The notes under the pieces were generated by a model. It saw only the letters and a list, made by a program, of their open reading frames with translations. It was not told where the DNA came from and ran no database searches. DNA of 31,989 nucleotides, taken from NCBI GenBank assembly GCA_950072105.1, contig CATMOE010000043.1, positions 1 through 31,989 of the forward strand. Direction: 5' to 3'. Numbering within the stretch: position 1 is the stretch's first letter; each line of letters opens with the position of its first letter. Positions 7,717-18,040 of this stretch are shown one piece after another. The position numbers were made by a program, and so were the translations under genes. Origin of the DNA: an uncultured Dehalococcoidia bacterium (GTDB taxonomy: Bacteria; Chloroflexota; Dehalococcoidia; Lucifugimonadales; UBA3495).

Positions 7717-7952
7717 CCGTAATTTTAGCGCAGGCCGGAATCCAGAAACTTTCCCCAAAGCGGCCTGCCTGGACCCCGGCCTACGCCGGAGTGACGGGCA
7801 TTTCCGAAGGAGGGGATTAAGGGAAGGCATTGCTTGACGGGTTGGAGACGCCCCCGTGCAGTCCCTACCCCCGTCATTCCGGCGCAGGCCGGAATCCAAG
7901 AACCGGTTGCAAGATAATCGTTCCTGAACACTGGCTTTCGCCGGTGTGACGG
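7717..7952. repeat. Cluster of REP-like palindromes (CCGTCATTCCGGCGCAGGCCGGAATCCA type), two inverted pairs
   Basis: Copies at about 7717-7745 / 7769-7797 and 7871-7898 / 7924-7952, in inverted orientation between convergent genes. Confidence 0.8.
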
Positions 7953-8007
7953 ATCTAGCCTTTTCTTAATCACAGCGCAGATGCTCATGCACCGATCCGA
8001 TCACTGT

Positions 8008-9465
8008 TTACTTCCCGGTGGGACCGTCCATGAATGATCGCAACGACTCTCTAGCCCGTGAATAATCGTAGGTTTCAAACCTTCGTTGCCGTAGCCGTAC
8101 AACGTCGCCGTTAAAAAACCTCTCGTAAAGGGTCTGCCTAGAGCCGAATTGGGTCCCCACCAGGTCCCAGGCCAGCCGAAAAAGCTTGACCCGGTCGGCG
8201 GCGTTGGCGGTCGCGCCTTGATAATACTTGCCGATGTCTTCAGCCATGGGACCGTTGATGTCTTCTTCAGAGGGCGTCAGCATCAGGCCACCCGCCGCCA
8301 GTTGCTCCAGGATCCATATTACCCGCACGTAAGCGTCCGGGTACCAGTTCCTCATGGCGATCCAAGGCTCTTGGGCAGGCCAGATCCCCTCTCCCTCGGA
8401 GGGAGCCGCGTCGGCTTCAGCAGACCGCATGTAAGCCCGCACCGTCTCCAGAATGTCGATAATTTCGGCGATCTTCTCCTGTATGTGGCCGAAGCCGGTG
8501 ATTCCGATGCCTTCGGCGATACCGTGGGTTATCCCGAGAATAAACTCTAGTTTGGCGATATTCTTGACGGCTACCTGTTGCATGTACTGCCGCCACATAG
8601 GCACTTGCTGCAGGGCGTAGTTGGCCAGCTCCACGTCCTCGAAAGCGAAGACCCGGTCCCAGGGAATCAGCACGTCGTCGAAGACAGCCAAGGCGTCCAT
8701 CTCGTCGTACCGCCCGGATAGCGGGTAGTCGTAGAGAGAGTCTCCCCGGTCGTACGACTGGCGGCAGATGAATTTGAGTCCGGGAGTGTTTATCGGGAGA
8801 GCAAAGCCGATGCAGTACTTCTTGTCCTCTTCGGCGTCGGGCCGTAAAGGCCGGTAAATGGGAGCGAAAATCTCGTCGGAAAAGGGCGCAAGGGTCGCCA
8901 GTAGTTTGGCCCCTCGTACTATGATCCCCTCGCTTGTGGTGTCCACGGCTCCTAAAGCCACGTAAGGGTCAGGCAGATCGCTGATGGGCACCGCCCGGTT
9001 GACCTGAGGATGGCCGAAGGCATGGGTGAGGCAAAGGTCCTTTTCCCGGGCGTATTCGTGGTAACGGATCAGGTTGTCGGCGAAACGCTTTTCCTTCCGG
9101 CCGTAAACATGGGCCACCTGGCGCATCGCCGTTAACTGGATGTTCACATAATCCGGCGTCCGGCCCAGCATCCCAAAGGACCAGTTAGCCACCACTTCCA
9201 AGGCCTTCCTGCGTTCCAACAGGTCATCTTGGGTTTCCGGGATCTTGTAGGAGCGGGCCACCGGTTCCCCGGAAGATGGGGATTTGAAGGTCATTACCTC
9301 GTGATGTTCGGGAGAAACCTGGAGGTCGTAGATAGACGCCAAGGTGTGGGCCATGCGAGAGAGTTTAGGGTGGGTGGTTACATCCTCAACCCGTTCCCCT
9401 TCCAGCCAGATCTCCCGCCCGTCGCGTAAGCCTTCCAGGAATTGTTTGCCGGTTCGGACCGCCAT
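8008..9465 (-). CDS. 4-hydroxyphenylacetate 3-monooxygenase-like oxygenase component (HpaB family)
   Basis: RTGKQFLEGLRDGREIW, GRTPDYVN, RGAKLLATLAP, YDEMDALAVFDDVLIPWDRVF, FGSRQTLYERF. Confidence 0.9.
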   Translation of the reverse strand: MAVRTGKQFLEGLRDGREIWLEGERVEDVTTHPKLSRMAHTLASIYDLQVSPEHHEVMTFKSPSSGEPVARSYKIPETQDDLLERRKALEVVANWSFGMLGRTPDYVNIQLTAMRQVAHVYGRKEKRFADNLIRYHEYAREKDLCLTHAFGHPQVNRAVPISDLPDPYVALGAVDTTSEGIIVRGAKLLATLAPFSDEIFAPIYRPLRPDAEEDKKYCIGFALPINTPGLKFICRQSYDRGDSLYDYPLSGRYDEMDALAVFDDVLIPWDRVFAFEDVELANYALQQVPMWRQYMQQVAVKNIAKLEFILGITHGIAEGIGITGFGHIQEKIAEIIDILETVRAYMRSAEADAAPSEGEGIWPAQEPWIAMRNWYPDAYVRVIWILEQLAAGGLMLTPSEEDINGPMAEDIGKYYQGATANAADRVKLFRLAWDLVGTQFGSRQTLYERFFNGDVVRLRQRRFETYDYSRARESLRSFMDGPTGK

Positions 9466-9544
9466 GCGTCACCTTCGATCCATAATATAGCCTCGAATCC
9501 GGGCAATCGTAGCATGGACAGGTCAGGGAAGTCACGACGGGGGA

Positions 9545-9627
9545 TTAGCCACAGAGACACAGAGATACGGAGGAAGGAACCAATTTTATTTTTTGGCCCT
9601 TCCGCTCCTCTGTGTCTCTGTGGCTAA
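9545..9627. repeat. Long palindrome (CCACAGAGACACAGAG type)
   Basis: Perfect 20-bp inverted repeat TTAGCCACAGAGACACAGAG / CTCTGTGTCTCTGTGGCTAA abutting the LLM stop codon. Confidence 0.85.
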
Positions 9628-10689
9628 CTAACCGGAAGCCTCAGTAACCAGGCTGGGACGGCAGGCGCGCATGACTGCTAGGGTTGATTCCAGGGTAGGG
9701 CGGGCCGCCACCACCCGGACGATGGCGACATCCAGGCCTTTGGCAAGTTTGCCAAAGGCATCCGCGGCGCCCTTGGCCTGGCCGTAATACCCTACGTTCA
9801 GTAGCAAGTCGCTCGAGAAAGCGTCGGCCACGTCGTCCCGGGACTCTCCGGCGGAGCGCATCCGGTCCAACTCGGCCAACTCCTCGGTAAAGCCCATCCG
9901 TTCGAAGTGGCCACGGTAACCCAGGGCCCGCTCCTTGGTGGTGGGGACTTCCTGTCCCAGGGCATAACCCATGGTCGAACGGGCGTAAGCTCGCTTGGCC
10001 GTATCCACGTCGTCGTCAACGCAAACCCGGATATACTCCACCATTTTGATCCCGGCGGGGTCACGGCCGGCCTTGGCTGCCCCTTCGTTGATCTTTTCCC
10101 GGCTCCAAGCGATCTGCTCGGGGTTGCACCAATTTAGGCATGCGCCGTCGGCCAATTCACCGGATAACTTGAGCATCTCCGGACCCAAAGCCCCCAGATA
10201 GACCGGTGTTTTTGGAGCCGGGTCTATACCAAGTTTGACGCCCCGCAAGGTAACGACATCGCCCTTGTAATCGATCTGCTCTCCTGCCACCAGTCCCCGC
10301 ACGGTAATCATGTAGTCCCGCATCATGGCCAAAGCCGATATCTTGGGCATACCCATGGTCCGCCGCGACCTGGGCCGGTAGACCCCACCGGTACCGATAC
10401 CCATGTGGAAACGGCCGCCGGTTAATTGGCTCATTGTTCCGCCGCTCATGGCGAACGCGACCGGACTGCGGTACATGACGGGGGAGACGGCGATACCGGT
10501 GTCCAGTCCCTCCGGCGTGACGTCGCGGCTGGCGGCCCAACGCTGGGAGCAAAGGTGAAATGCGTCGATGCCCGTGCCCTCAGGAGTCCAGATGCTGGTA
10601 TAGCCCAGACGGGCCGCTTCCCGGGACAGCTCCGCCTGCTCGTCCCACGTAAGGTTCAGGCTCCAGTCCAGTCCGATTCCGATCTCCAT
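9628..10689 (-). CDS. Luciferase-like (LLM) flavin/F420-dependent oxidoreductase
   Basis: AARLGYTSIWTPE, GGRFHMGIGTG, PVYLGALGPEMLKLSGELADG. Confidence 0.9.
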   Translation of the reverse strand: MEIGIGLDWSLNLTWDEQAELSREAARLGYTSIWTPEGTGIDAFHLCSQRWAASRDVTPEGLDTGIAVSPVMYRSPVAFAMSGGTMSQLTGGRFHMGIGTGGVYRPRSRRTMGMPKISALAMMRDYMITVRGLVAGEQIDYKGDVVTLRGVKLGIDPAPKTPVYLGALGPEMLKLSGELADGACLNWCNPEQIAWSREKINEGAAKAGRDPAGIKMVEYIRVCVDDDVDTAKRAYARSTMGYALGQEVPTTKERALGYRGHFERMGFTEELAELDRMRSAGESRDDVADAFSSDLLLNVGYYGQAKGAADAFGKLAKGLDVAIVRVVAARPTLESTLAVMRACRPSLVTEASG

Positions 10690-10898
10690 GCCGAGCCTCC
10701 AGAATTCTGTTTCGAGTCTAGGACACCCGGTATCGGAACATTGACATCCGCCGGGGCTTGGTTCCGGCCCCTACACCACGTGCCCAGCAATACTACCAGA
10801 ACCTAACCTGCCGCGATGGGGGCTGGGTTGCGTGGGCCACGACTAACCGTTAATCTGGTCGAACTATCCAAGAGCACATCACGAAGGGAGGCGATGCA

Positions 10899-11234
10899 AT
10901 GGCGATCTGGAGGCTTTATACCGGCGACGATGGACAGTCCCATCTTGAGGAGTTAGACTTGGATTCTCATCCGGAGCTGACGGATATCGCTTCAGCCACC
11001 GGGATATCCTTCCGGTCAAGTCCTGCCGGATCATTCAGCGACTGGCATAACGGACCCAGGCGTCAATATGTGATTACCATCGGAGGGGAGGTGGAATTGG
11101 GGCTTGGCGACGGTTCGGTACACCGGTTCGGGCCCGGCCACGTTACCCTGGTTGAAGACCTGACCGGTCAAGGCCACACCACCAGAACGGTGGGAACCGG
11201 GTCAAGAATTTCAGCAACCATACCCCTGGAGTAG
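10899..11234 (+). CDS. Small cupin-fold protein
   Basis: LYTGDDGQSH, WHNGPRRQYVI..GEVE, EDLTGQGH. SD GGGAGG. Confidence 0.85.
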   Translation: MAIWRLYTGDDGQSHLEELDLDSHPELTDIASATGISFRSSPAGSFSDWHNGPRRQYVITIGGEVELGLGDGSVHRFGPGHVTLVEDLTGQGHTTRTVGTGSRISATIPLE

Positions 11235-11304
11235 CGAACCCAGTTGGGAGCGGCTAACCATGATTCCCAACTTTGGTTGTCCCCCGCAATGGTAATTGAA
11301 CAAA

Positions 11305-11345
11305 TCCCTTCCCCCTCGACGGGGGCAGGTTAGGATGGGTGTGAA
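11305..11345. repeat. Short REP-like element (CCCCCTCGACGGGGG...TAGGATGGGTGTG)
   Basis: CCCCC-TCGAC-GGGGG hairpin with a G-rich tail in the gap between convergent genes. Confidence 0.5.
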
Positions 11346-11372
11346 AAGCGTTCCCGACCTACCTGTTGCGAT

Positions 11373-12083
11373 TCAGTTGGAATCTGCTTTGATTGCCATT
11401 GGTCGATCCAGCAACTCTTTGGCGTGGGCGAACACGGCATCGAACATTTCGTGGGTTAACCGTCCCGTCTGGGTGTTCTGTTGGCTGGGGTGGTAGGAGC
11501 CGATAAGCGTCACCCCGCCGTCCAAGGCATAGGTAACCAAGTGACCGAACTTTGGAAGCGGTTTGGGAAGAGCGAGTCCCCGGGGAGCGAAAGTGGTTAG
11601 ATAAGTGTCGAAAGCGATCTTTCCCAACGCAACCACGACTCGGACTGTGTCCATCAACTCCAATTCCCGAATCAGGTAGGGGAGGCATTCCAACCGCTCC
11701 TCCTTCAAGGGTTTGTTGGCCGGCGGGGCGCATCGCAGGGCGGCGGTGATAAAGGTGTCGTAAAGGACCAGTCCATCGTCGCGGCGCTGGGAGTCGGGAG
11801 AACTGGAAAACCCGAACTTGTACAAAGTGCCGTAAACCCAATCGCCGCTCCGGTCTCCGGTAAACATCCTTCCCGTCCGGTTCCCGCCGTGGGCCGCCGG
11901 CGCGAGTCCCACCACCAATAGCCGGGCTTGGTGGTCCCCATAGGCGGGAAGAGGCTTGCCCCAATAGTCCCAATCCATGTACATACGCCGCTTCGTCCGG
12001 GCCACCTCTTCCCGGTACGGAACCAGCCTGGGACATTTGGTACAGGCGATTATCGTGTCTTGCAGTTGTTCTAGTTCCGTCAT
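11373..12083 (-). CDS. udgB: Uracil-DNA glycosylase family 5 (UdgB-type, 4Fe-4S)
   Basis: CTKCPRL, GLAPAAHGGNRTGRMFTGD, RCAPPANKP, SYHPSQQNT. Confidence 0.9.
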   Translation of the reverse strand: MTELEQLQDTIIACTKCPRLVPYREEVARTKRRMYMDWDYWGKPLPAYGDHQARLLVVGLAPAAHGGNRTGRMFTGDRSGDWVYGTLYKFGFSSSPDSQRRDDGLVLYDTFITAALRCAPPANKPLKEERLECLPYLIRELELMDTVRVVVALGKIAFDTYLTTFAPRGLALPKPLPKFGHLVTYALDGGVTLIGSYHPSQQNTQTGRLTHEMFDAVFAHAKELLDRPMAIKADSN

Positions 12084-12263
12084 GGGAATCTCAACTATTC
12101 GGGGGGTTGTGGTGTGACGCTGAGACTATATAGTAGCGCCCTGTAGGCCGCAACAAAGTGATATACTCCGGTCTGCAGTCAGGATGACCGCTCCTGACAG
12201 GCTACCATTGTGATTCTCCGATGACTAATTTCCCCGGATCATTCAGCCTTCCAAGGAGGCAAA

Positions 12264-12908
12264 ATGCCCGACGAAAACGAATTATTTGAGATCCAAAGGA
12301 CCACCCGTGCCATGCGCCGGCTTAAGCCCGACCCGGTGCCCGAGGAGTTGGTCCAAAAGATACTTCGCGCCGGTATGAACGCGGCCAGCGGCGGGAATAG
12401 CCAACGCTGGCGGTTTCTGGTCATCAAGGACCAGTCCATTAAAGAGAAGGTCCAAGCTTACTACAAGCGCGCCTTCGATGAGGTGGTCAGCCCTAGATAC
12501 CTGTCCAGCGAACCCCCTCCCGGTTCCAGTCCCGGCCGCTACCGTAGGCAGCACAGCGCAGTGGAATACCTAACCGACCATTATCACGAAGCGCCCATCT
12601 GGATCGTGGCTTGCCAAGACGACGGACAGTCGACGCCCAGCCGTTCTTCGGGAGCATCCATCTACCCGGCGGTTCAAAACATGCTGCTGGCCGCCCGCGC
12701 TTTGGGTTTGGGGGCTACCTTGACCACCCGGCATTTGAATTTCGAAGCCGAAGTCGAAGCCATATTCGGTTTACCCCAAGGGATCCATTCTTACGCCATC
12801 CTGCCCATAGGCTATCCCCTTGGTAACTTCGGACCGGTACGGCGAGGAGATATGGCTGACTTTGTGTATCTGGACACCTGGAACAACCAGTATCCCGGTC
12901 TTGAATAG
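12264..12908 (+). CDS. Nitroreductase family protein
   Basis: RAMRRLKPDPVP, AASGGNSQRWRFLV, AVQNMLLAARALGLG, LPIGYP. SD AAGGAGG. Confidence 0.92.
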   Translation: MPDENELFEIQRTTRAMRRLKPDPVPEELVQKILRAGMNAASGGNSQRWRFLVIKDQSIKEKVQAYYKRAFDEVVSPRYLSSEPPPGSSPGRYRRQHSAVEYLTDHYHEAPIWIVACQDDGQSTPSRSSGASIYPAVQNMLLAARALGLGATLTTRHLNFEAEVEAIFGLPQGIHSYAILPIGYPLGNFGPVRRGDMADFVYLDTWNNQYPGLE

Positions 12909-13099
12909 GATCAGTTGACGCGACCTTTGCTGGAACGCTGCCGCGCCGCCGCGTAAATTGATTAACCGCAGGCGCTATGCTAACGTAAATCTTTGGGTGC
13001 CCGGTTAATTCCCCATCGCCCTATCTTTTTCGGCTTCGGCGTTGTGACACGGAAACCGTATGCTCGAGAAATCTCTGTCCAATCGCCGGTTGGAGGCCC

Positions 13100-14887
13100 T
13101 TGGTAAGCTTTCGATTTTCTCCGAACCCAAACGTGGCGCACCAGATAAACTGGTTGCCGTGGGGTGAGGCTGCGTTCGCCAAGGCCCAAGAGGAAAACAA
13201 ACCGGTCTTGCTGTCGATATCCGCGGTGTGGTGCTACTGGTGCCACGTTATGGACGAGACCTCCTATTCCGACCCGGACGTCGCCCGGCTCATCGACCAG
13301 AGTTTCATCGCCATCCGCGTGGACAACGACCACCGGCCGGACTTGAACTCCAGATACAACGTGGGCGGATGGCCTACGACCGCTTTCCTGACCGGGCACG
13401 GCGGACTTATCGGCGGAGCCACCTACCTTCCACCGGACCAATTCCTGTCCATGTTGTCGGAGTTGTGTCAGGCTTACGAAGAAGACCGGGCGCAACTATA
13501 CGATCAGGCCCGTGGATTGCTCCGTCAACGCCAAGACCGGGCCGGCCGAATCACCGCGGGTCCCGAGTTAGACGACGCATTTCCGGATCAGGTCGCCCGC
13601 AGCTTGGCCGGCGCGTACGATGCGATCAATGGCGGATTTGGGCAAGAACCCAAGTTTCCCAACGGGCCCATACTCCAGTACTTGGTCCACCTGACCCGGA
13701 CCACCGGTGAAGACTTCTACCGGTCCATGCTGGTCAAGTCCCTGGACCGCATGTCTTGCGGGCCGATGTATGACAGCGAGGAAGGCGGCTTTTTTCGCAA
13801 CGCCGGGAATGCCGATTGGTCGGATCCTCAGCGAGAGAAAATGCTGGAAGACAACATTAGCCTGGCCCAGGTTTACCTGGACGCCTACTCCATATTGGAC
13901 CGGGACGACTACCGGCGGGTAGCTTCTCAGACGGTCGATTACATCGTGACCAGTTTGTTCGATTCGGAGACCCCCGGATTCCGGGGCAGCCAGGGCGCCC
14001 ATTCCGACTACTTCAACCTCCCTGTATCGTCCCGAATGGAGCAAGAAGTCCCGGCCGTGGACGATTACCTCTACACCAACAGTAATGCTCAGTCGGTTTC
14101 CCTGCTACTAGATGCCGCTTGGAAGCTGAGCCGGCCCGAACTGACCGAAACAGCCTTGGCCGTGTTGGACCGATTGGAATCAACGGCCCAAGCCGGGAAT
14201 TTGAGCCACGTTTATGATGCTTCGGGCGCGGGAGACGGGCTGTCGTTCTTGATGGATTGGGCTGGGCTGCTCATCGCGTTGACCGACGCCCACGGATATA
14301 CCGGACGGGAACACTATTTGGACCGGGCGAAGTCGGTGGTCAAAGAGATCCTGGACCGTTTCTACGACGAGACCGGCGGCGGCTTTTTCGACATCGAAGC
14401 TAGCACCCAGCCAATCGGATATCTGAGGCTACGGGAAAAACCGCTGGCGGAGAACGTATCCGTGGCCATCGGGCTGCTCAAGCTATGGCAGGCAACTCGG
14501 GACGATGACTACCGGCAGATAGCCGAGACCACCTTGAGCGCCTGCGCCGGTACCTTCCACGAATACGGGGCCCAAAGCGCCGGTTACGGTTTAGCCGTCA
14601 GCCTCCTAAAGAATTCGCCGGTGGAAGTGACCGTTGAAGGGCGTCCTGAAGACCCGGAGACTTCGCACATGATTCAAGCCGCGGCCCGGTTGTCTTGCCC
14701 CAATCTGGTCATCAAGCCGGTTCTGGTTGATGAGACTCAACTCCCAGCCCAGGCTCATGTTTGCTTAGATACTCTATGCCTTCCTCCAGTGACAGACCCT
14801 GACTTGCTGGAAGGCTTGGTTTCGGAGATGTCGGCGCCGGCCGCCAGTCCCTTTGAAAATGTTTTGGACCGGTTGGCCGAGTTCTGA
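13100..14887 (+). CDS. Thioredoxin-like (DUF255) domain plus alpha/alpha-barrel protein (YyaL-like)
   Basis: [45 protein letters not shown]-terminal AHVC...C.PP. Confidence 0.88.
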   Translation: MVSFRFSPNPNVAHQINWLPWGEAAFAKAQEENKPVLLSISAVWCYWCHVMDETSYSDPDVARLIDQSFIAIRVDNDHRPDLNSRYNVGGWPTTAFLTGHGGLIGGATYLPPDQFLSMLSELCQAYEEDRAQLYDQARGLLRQRQDRAGRITAGPELDDAFPDQVARSLAGAYDAINGGFGQEPKFPNGPILQYLVHLTRTTGEDFYRSMLVKSLDRMSCGPMYDSEEGGFFRNAGNADWSDPQREKMLEDNISLAQVYLDAYSILDRDDYRRVASQTVDYIVTSLFDSETPGFRGSQGAHSDYFNLPVSSRMEQEVPAVDDYLYTNSNAQSVSLLLDAAWKLSRPELTETALAVLDRLESTAQAGNLSHVYDASGAGDGLSFLMDWAGLLIALTDAHGYTGREHYLDRAKSVVKEILDRFYDETGGGFFDIEASTQPIGYLRLREKPLAENVSVAIGLLKLWQATRDDDYRQIAETTLSACAGTFHEYGAQSAGYGLAVSLLKNSPVEVTVEGRPEDPETSHMIQAAARLSCPNLVIKPVLVDETQLPAQAHVCLDTLCLPPVTDPDLLEGLVSEMSAPAASPFENVLDRLAEF

Positions 14888-15027
14888 AGCACTGATCCTG
14901 GTCAGAACGACGCGCGCCAAGGCATCGCCGACGGGCCGGTTCGATCTGACCGCCTTGAGACGGCGTAGTCGAGCCCAGCAAATACCCTCAACCACGAAAA
15001 GACCGTAGGATATACCGGAGGAACGGA

Positions 15028-16818
15028 TTGCTAAGAACCATGGACTGTGGCGACCTTCGCGAAAATAGTATAGGTAGCCAAGTTACCTTGGCCGGTTGGG
15101 TCAGCCGGCGGCGCGACCACGGGGGCGTGATATTTGTTGACTTACGGGACCGGTCCGGAATCGTACAGGTGGTGTTCAATCCCGAGACCTCACCCCCGGC
15201 CTATGAGATAGCGGATCAGCTTCGCTCAGAATGGGTTGTGCAGATCAAGGGCACGGTACGGGTCCGTCCTCCCGGAAGTGAAAACCCGGCGATGGCCACG
15301 GGAATGGTGGAAGTGGCCGCCGACGAAGCATCTATCCTAAACTCTTCTCTAACCCCGCCGTTCTACATCAGTGATGACGTGGAGGTGGACGAGAGTTTGC
15401 GACTGCGCTACCGGTACTTAGACCTGCGGCGGCCGGGTATGCTTCGAAACCTGACGCTTCGGCACCGGGTGGTGAAATACATCAGGGACTTCCTGAGCGA
15501 CCGAGGTTTCCTGGAGATTGAGACCCCCATCTTGATCAAGAGTACTCCGGAAGGGGCCCGTGATTTTCTGGTGCCAAGCCGCATGCAGCCGGGTAACTTC
15601 TATGCCCTCCCCCAATCGCCGCAGCAACTCAAACAGTTGCTTATGGTGGCCGGTGTGGAGAAGTACTTCCAGATCGCCCGCTGTTTCAGAGACGAAGACT
15701 TGCGGGCCGACCGCCAGCCGGAGTTCACCCAACTTGACCTGGAGATGAGCTTCGTTGAGGAGGAGGACATCCTCCAGTTAACTGAAGAGCTATACACCGG
15801 CATGATTGAGTCCGTCGCCCCTGATAGGACGATGCTTAAGCCCTTTCCCAGGCTGGAATATGCCGAGGCGATGGACCGGTACGGCAGCGACAAACCGGAT
15901 CTGCGTTTCGGGTTGGAAATGACCGACGTCACCGATCTGGCCAAGGAAACCGAGTTTCGGGTCTTTTTGTCGGTGGTTAAAAACGGGGGGATAATCAAAG
16001 GATTCGTCGTGCCCGGCCAGGGTGAATACACCGGCACCTTGATGCGCAATCTTGAAGAGACAGCCCAAGGATTTGGCGCCGGAGGTCTCAGTCACGTCCG
16101 ATTCCACGGCGCGGGAGCCATTGGCGAGATCGCTGAAGAAGAAGTATTGCTCTCGCCCGGACTGAGAATGCCGGTGGAGTGGAGCCGCCGCCTGGCGGAG
16201 AAAATGGGAGCCGTTCCGGGGGATCTGGTCCTACTGATGGCCGGGCCCAGCAAGCAAGTTAACACCTGGTTAAGCGCCATGCGAGATCACATGGGAAAAA
16301 TATTGGGACTGGCCGACCCTCAAACATTAGCTTTCGCGTTTGTCACAAAGTTTCCTCTATTCGATTGGAACGCGGACCGAAACCGGTGGGACTCCTCCCA
16401 CCATCCATTTACATCGCCCGCGGAAGGCCAGGAAGATTTGCTGGAAGGAGAGGACCTGGGCTCCATCGATTCAAAAGCCTATGACCTGGTCTGTAATGGA
16501 TCGGAGCTGGCTAGTGGTAGCATACGGATCCATCGGCGTGAGGAACAGGAAAAGATTTTTCGAATCCTGGGATATTCTAATGAGGAAATTAACGAAAAGT
16601 TTGGCCAGATCCTTGAAGCATTCGAGTACGGCGCTCCGCCCCACGGAGGCATCGCCCCCGGCATCGACCGTCTGGTAGCGATTCTGGCCGGCTCAACATC
16701 CATCCGCGACGTCATCGCCTTCCCCAAAACCCAAACGGGAGCGGACCTATTGTTCGGCTCTCCAGCCCCGGTAGAACCGGAGCAACTGAAAGAACTGGAG
16801 TTGGGCTTGCTTGGGTAA
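15028..16818 (+). CDS. aspS: Aspartyl-tRNA synthetase, probably non-discriminating (Asp/Asn)
   Basis: RRRDHGG, TPEGARDF, FRDEDLRADRQPEFTQLD, PPHGGIAPGIDR. His in RRDHG and Gly in RPPG match the ND-type signature. Confidence 0.97.
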   Translation: MLRTMDCGDLRENSIGSQVTLAGWVSRRRDHGGVIFVDLRDRSGIVQVVFNPETSPPAYEIADQLRSEWVVQIKGTVRVRPPGSENPAMATGMVEVAADEASILNSSLTPPFYISDDVEVDESLRLRYRYLDLRRPGMLRNLTLRHRVVKYIRDFLSDRGFLEIETPILIKSTPEGARDFLVPSRMQPGNFYALPQSPQQLKQLLMVAGVEKYFQIARCFRDEDLRADRQPEFTQLDLEMSFVEEEDILQLTEELYTGMIESVAPDRTMLKPFPRLEYAEAMDRYGSDKPDLRFGLEMTDVTDLAKETEFRVFLSVVKNGGIIKGFVVPGQGEYTGTLMRNLEETAQGFGAGGLSHVRFHGAGAIGEIAEEEVLLSPGLRMPVEWSRRLAEKMGAVPGDLVLLMAGPSKQVNTWLSAMRDHMGKILGLADPQTLAFAFVTKFPLFDWNADRNRWDSSHHPFTSPAEGQEDLLEGEDLGSIDSKAYDLVCNGSELASGSIRIHRREEQEKIFRILGYSNEEINEKFGQILEAFEYGAPPHGGIAPGIDRLVAILAGSTSIRDVIAFPKTQTGADLLFGSPAPVEPEQLKELELGLLG

Positions 16819-16884
16819 CGTAGCCGAGCGGGTAACGACAAGATCTATCACGAATCAGCACCTTAGGAAAACCAAGATCCGGTA

Positions 16885-16931
16885 AAGACAACAAGAGGCC
16901 CAGGGGATGTCCCCGGGCTTCTTGTTGTCTT
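16885..16931. terminator. Probable bidirectional terminator between aspS and fba
   Basis: AAGACAACAAGAGGCCC-AGGGGA-TG-TCCCC-GGGCTTCTTGTTGTCTT long stem. Confidence 0.75.
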
Positions 16932-16970
16932 ATTCAGTCGGAGCGCTTCTCCTAGACGGCGCGTCGTTTT

Positions 16971-17987
16971 CTAGTCTTCTGGAATGTATTTACCCTGCCG
17001 CGCCGCGCTAGTCAGCCTCGCCCGCGTGTAAAAAGCCAAGGCGGCTGCTTCCGTGTTCTCCGCTTTTCCCGCCCATGCGGATAGAGGAGCTCCCTGAAGG
17101 CTTCTGCCAAAACTGAACGTAAGCTGCCAGGGCATTCCAAGCTCGATTGTCTTTTGATTTATGGCGTTTAGGTTCGCCGTCACCGAATTATCAGGCTCGC
17201 CACCGGAGAGGAAGACCACGCCAGGGACCGACGCCGGCAGCACCCGCTTAAAGCACTCAATGGTCCTCTCCGCGACCTCGGCGGGGTCAGCTCGCTGGGC
17301 CGCCGAGCCGCCAGAGATCACCATGCTGGGCTTGAGCAGCATTCCTTCGAGAAGCACCTTTTGTTGGGCCAACTGGTCGAATACCTCCCGAAGGGTTTCT
17401 TCGGTGACCTCGAAGCATCTTTCGATGCTGTGGCCGCCATCGCGCAAGATTTCCGGTTCCACGATGGGCACCAATCCCGCTTCTTGGCTCAAGGCCGCGA
17501 AACGGGCCAGGGAATGAGCATTGGCGTTCAAACCATAGGGAGTTGGGGTATCGTCGGCGATATCGATCACCGCCCGCCACTTGGTGAAGCCTGCCCCTAA
17601 CTCAGCATATTCATTGAGCCGGTCCCGCAGACCGTCCAATCCCTCGGTTACCAACTCATCGGGAGCCTCGGGAAGAGGGATAGTGCCTTTGTCGACTTTG
17701 ATCCCGGGGATCATACCCTGGTCGGTAAGCACCTTTACCAACGGCGTCCCGTCAGCGCCTTCCTGGCGAATCGTCTCGTCGAACAGGATTACGCCGCTGA
17801 TAAAATCAGAAACCCCGGCGGTGCGAAACAGCATCTCGCGGTAATCGCGCCGTGTCTTCTCGGTGGACTCCACGTTGATGCTGTCAAACCGTCTTTTGAT
17901 GGTGCCGCCGCTTTCGTCGGCTGCCAAGATGCCCTTTTTGTCGGCAACCAGCGCTTGAGCGGTCTGTACTAGCCGTTGCTTATCCAT
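16971..17987 (-). CDS. fba: Fructose-bisphosphate aldolase class I
   Basis: KGILAADES, GIKVDKG, FTKWRAV, VPIVEPE, LLKPSMV (Schiff-base Lys), FLSGG, TFSFGR. Confidence 0.95.
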   Translation of the reverse strand: MDKQRLVQTAQALVADKKGILAADESGGTIKRRFDSINVESTEKTRRDYREMLFRTAGVSDFISGVILFDETIRQEGADGTPLVKVLTDQGMIPGIKVDKGTIPLPEAPDELVTEGLDGLRDRLNEYAELGAGFTKWRAVIDIADDTPTPYGLNANAHSLARFAALSQEAGLVPIVEPEILRDGGHSIERCFEVTEETLREVFDQLAQQKVLLEGMLLKPSMVISGGSAAQRADPAEVAERTIECFKRVLPASVPGVVFLSGGEPDNSVTANLNAINQKTIELGMPWQLTFSFGRSLQGAPLSAWAGKAENTEAAALAFYTRARLTSAARQGKYIPED

Positions 17988-18040
17988 CGATCACTCCTTC
18001 TTCCCACTCCTCTAGATTAATCCTGTAGTAAGCATGGCTG

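Noticed and set aside
7717..7952. CRISPR array
   Set aside because: Repeats alternate in orientation, are degenerate and irregularly spaced, and there are no cas genes.
7369..7988. Minus-strand ORFs MDSGLRRNDG... and ...WIPACAGMT...
   Set aside because: These are translations of the REP-like palindromes or antisense to the hydrolase.
12264..12908. Nitroreductase as the dehydro-F420 reductase (FbiE/FbiB C-terminal)
   Set aside because: It is more than 11 kb from the cof genes and shows only generic nitroreductase motifs; cannot be supported without a phylogeny.
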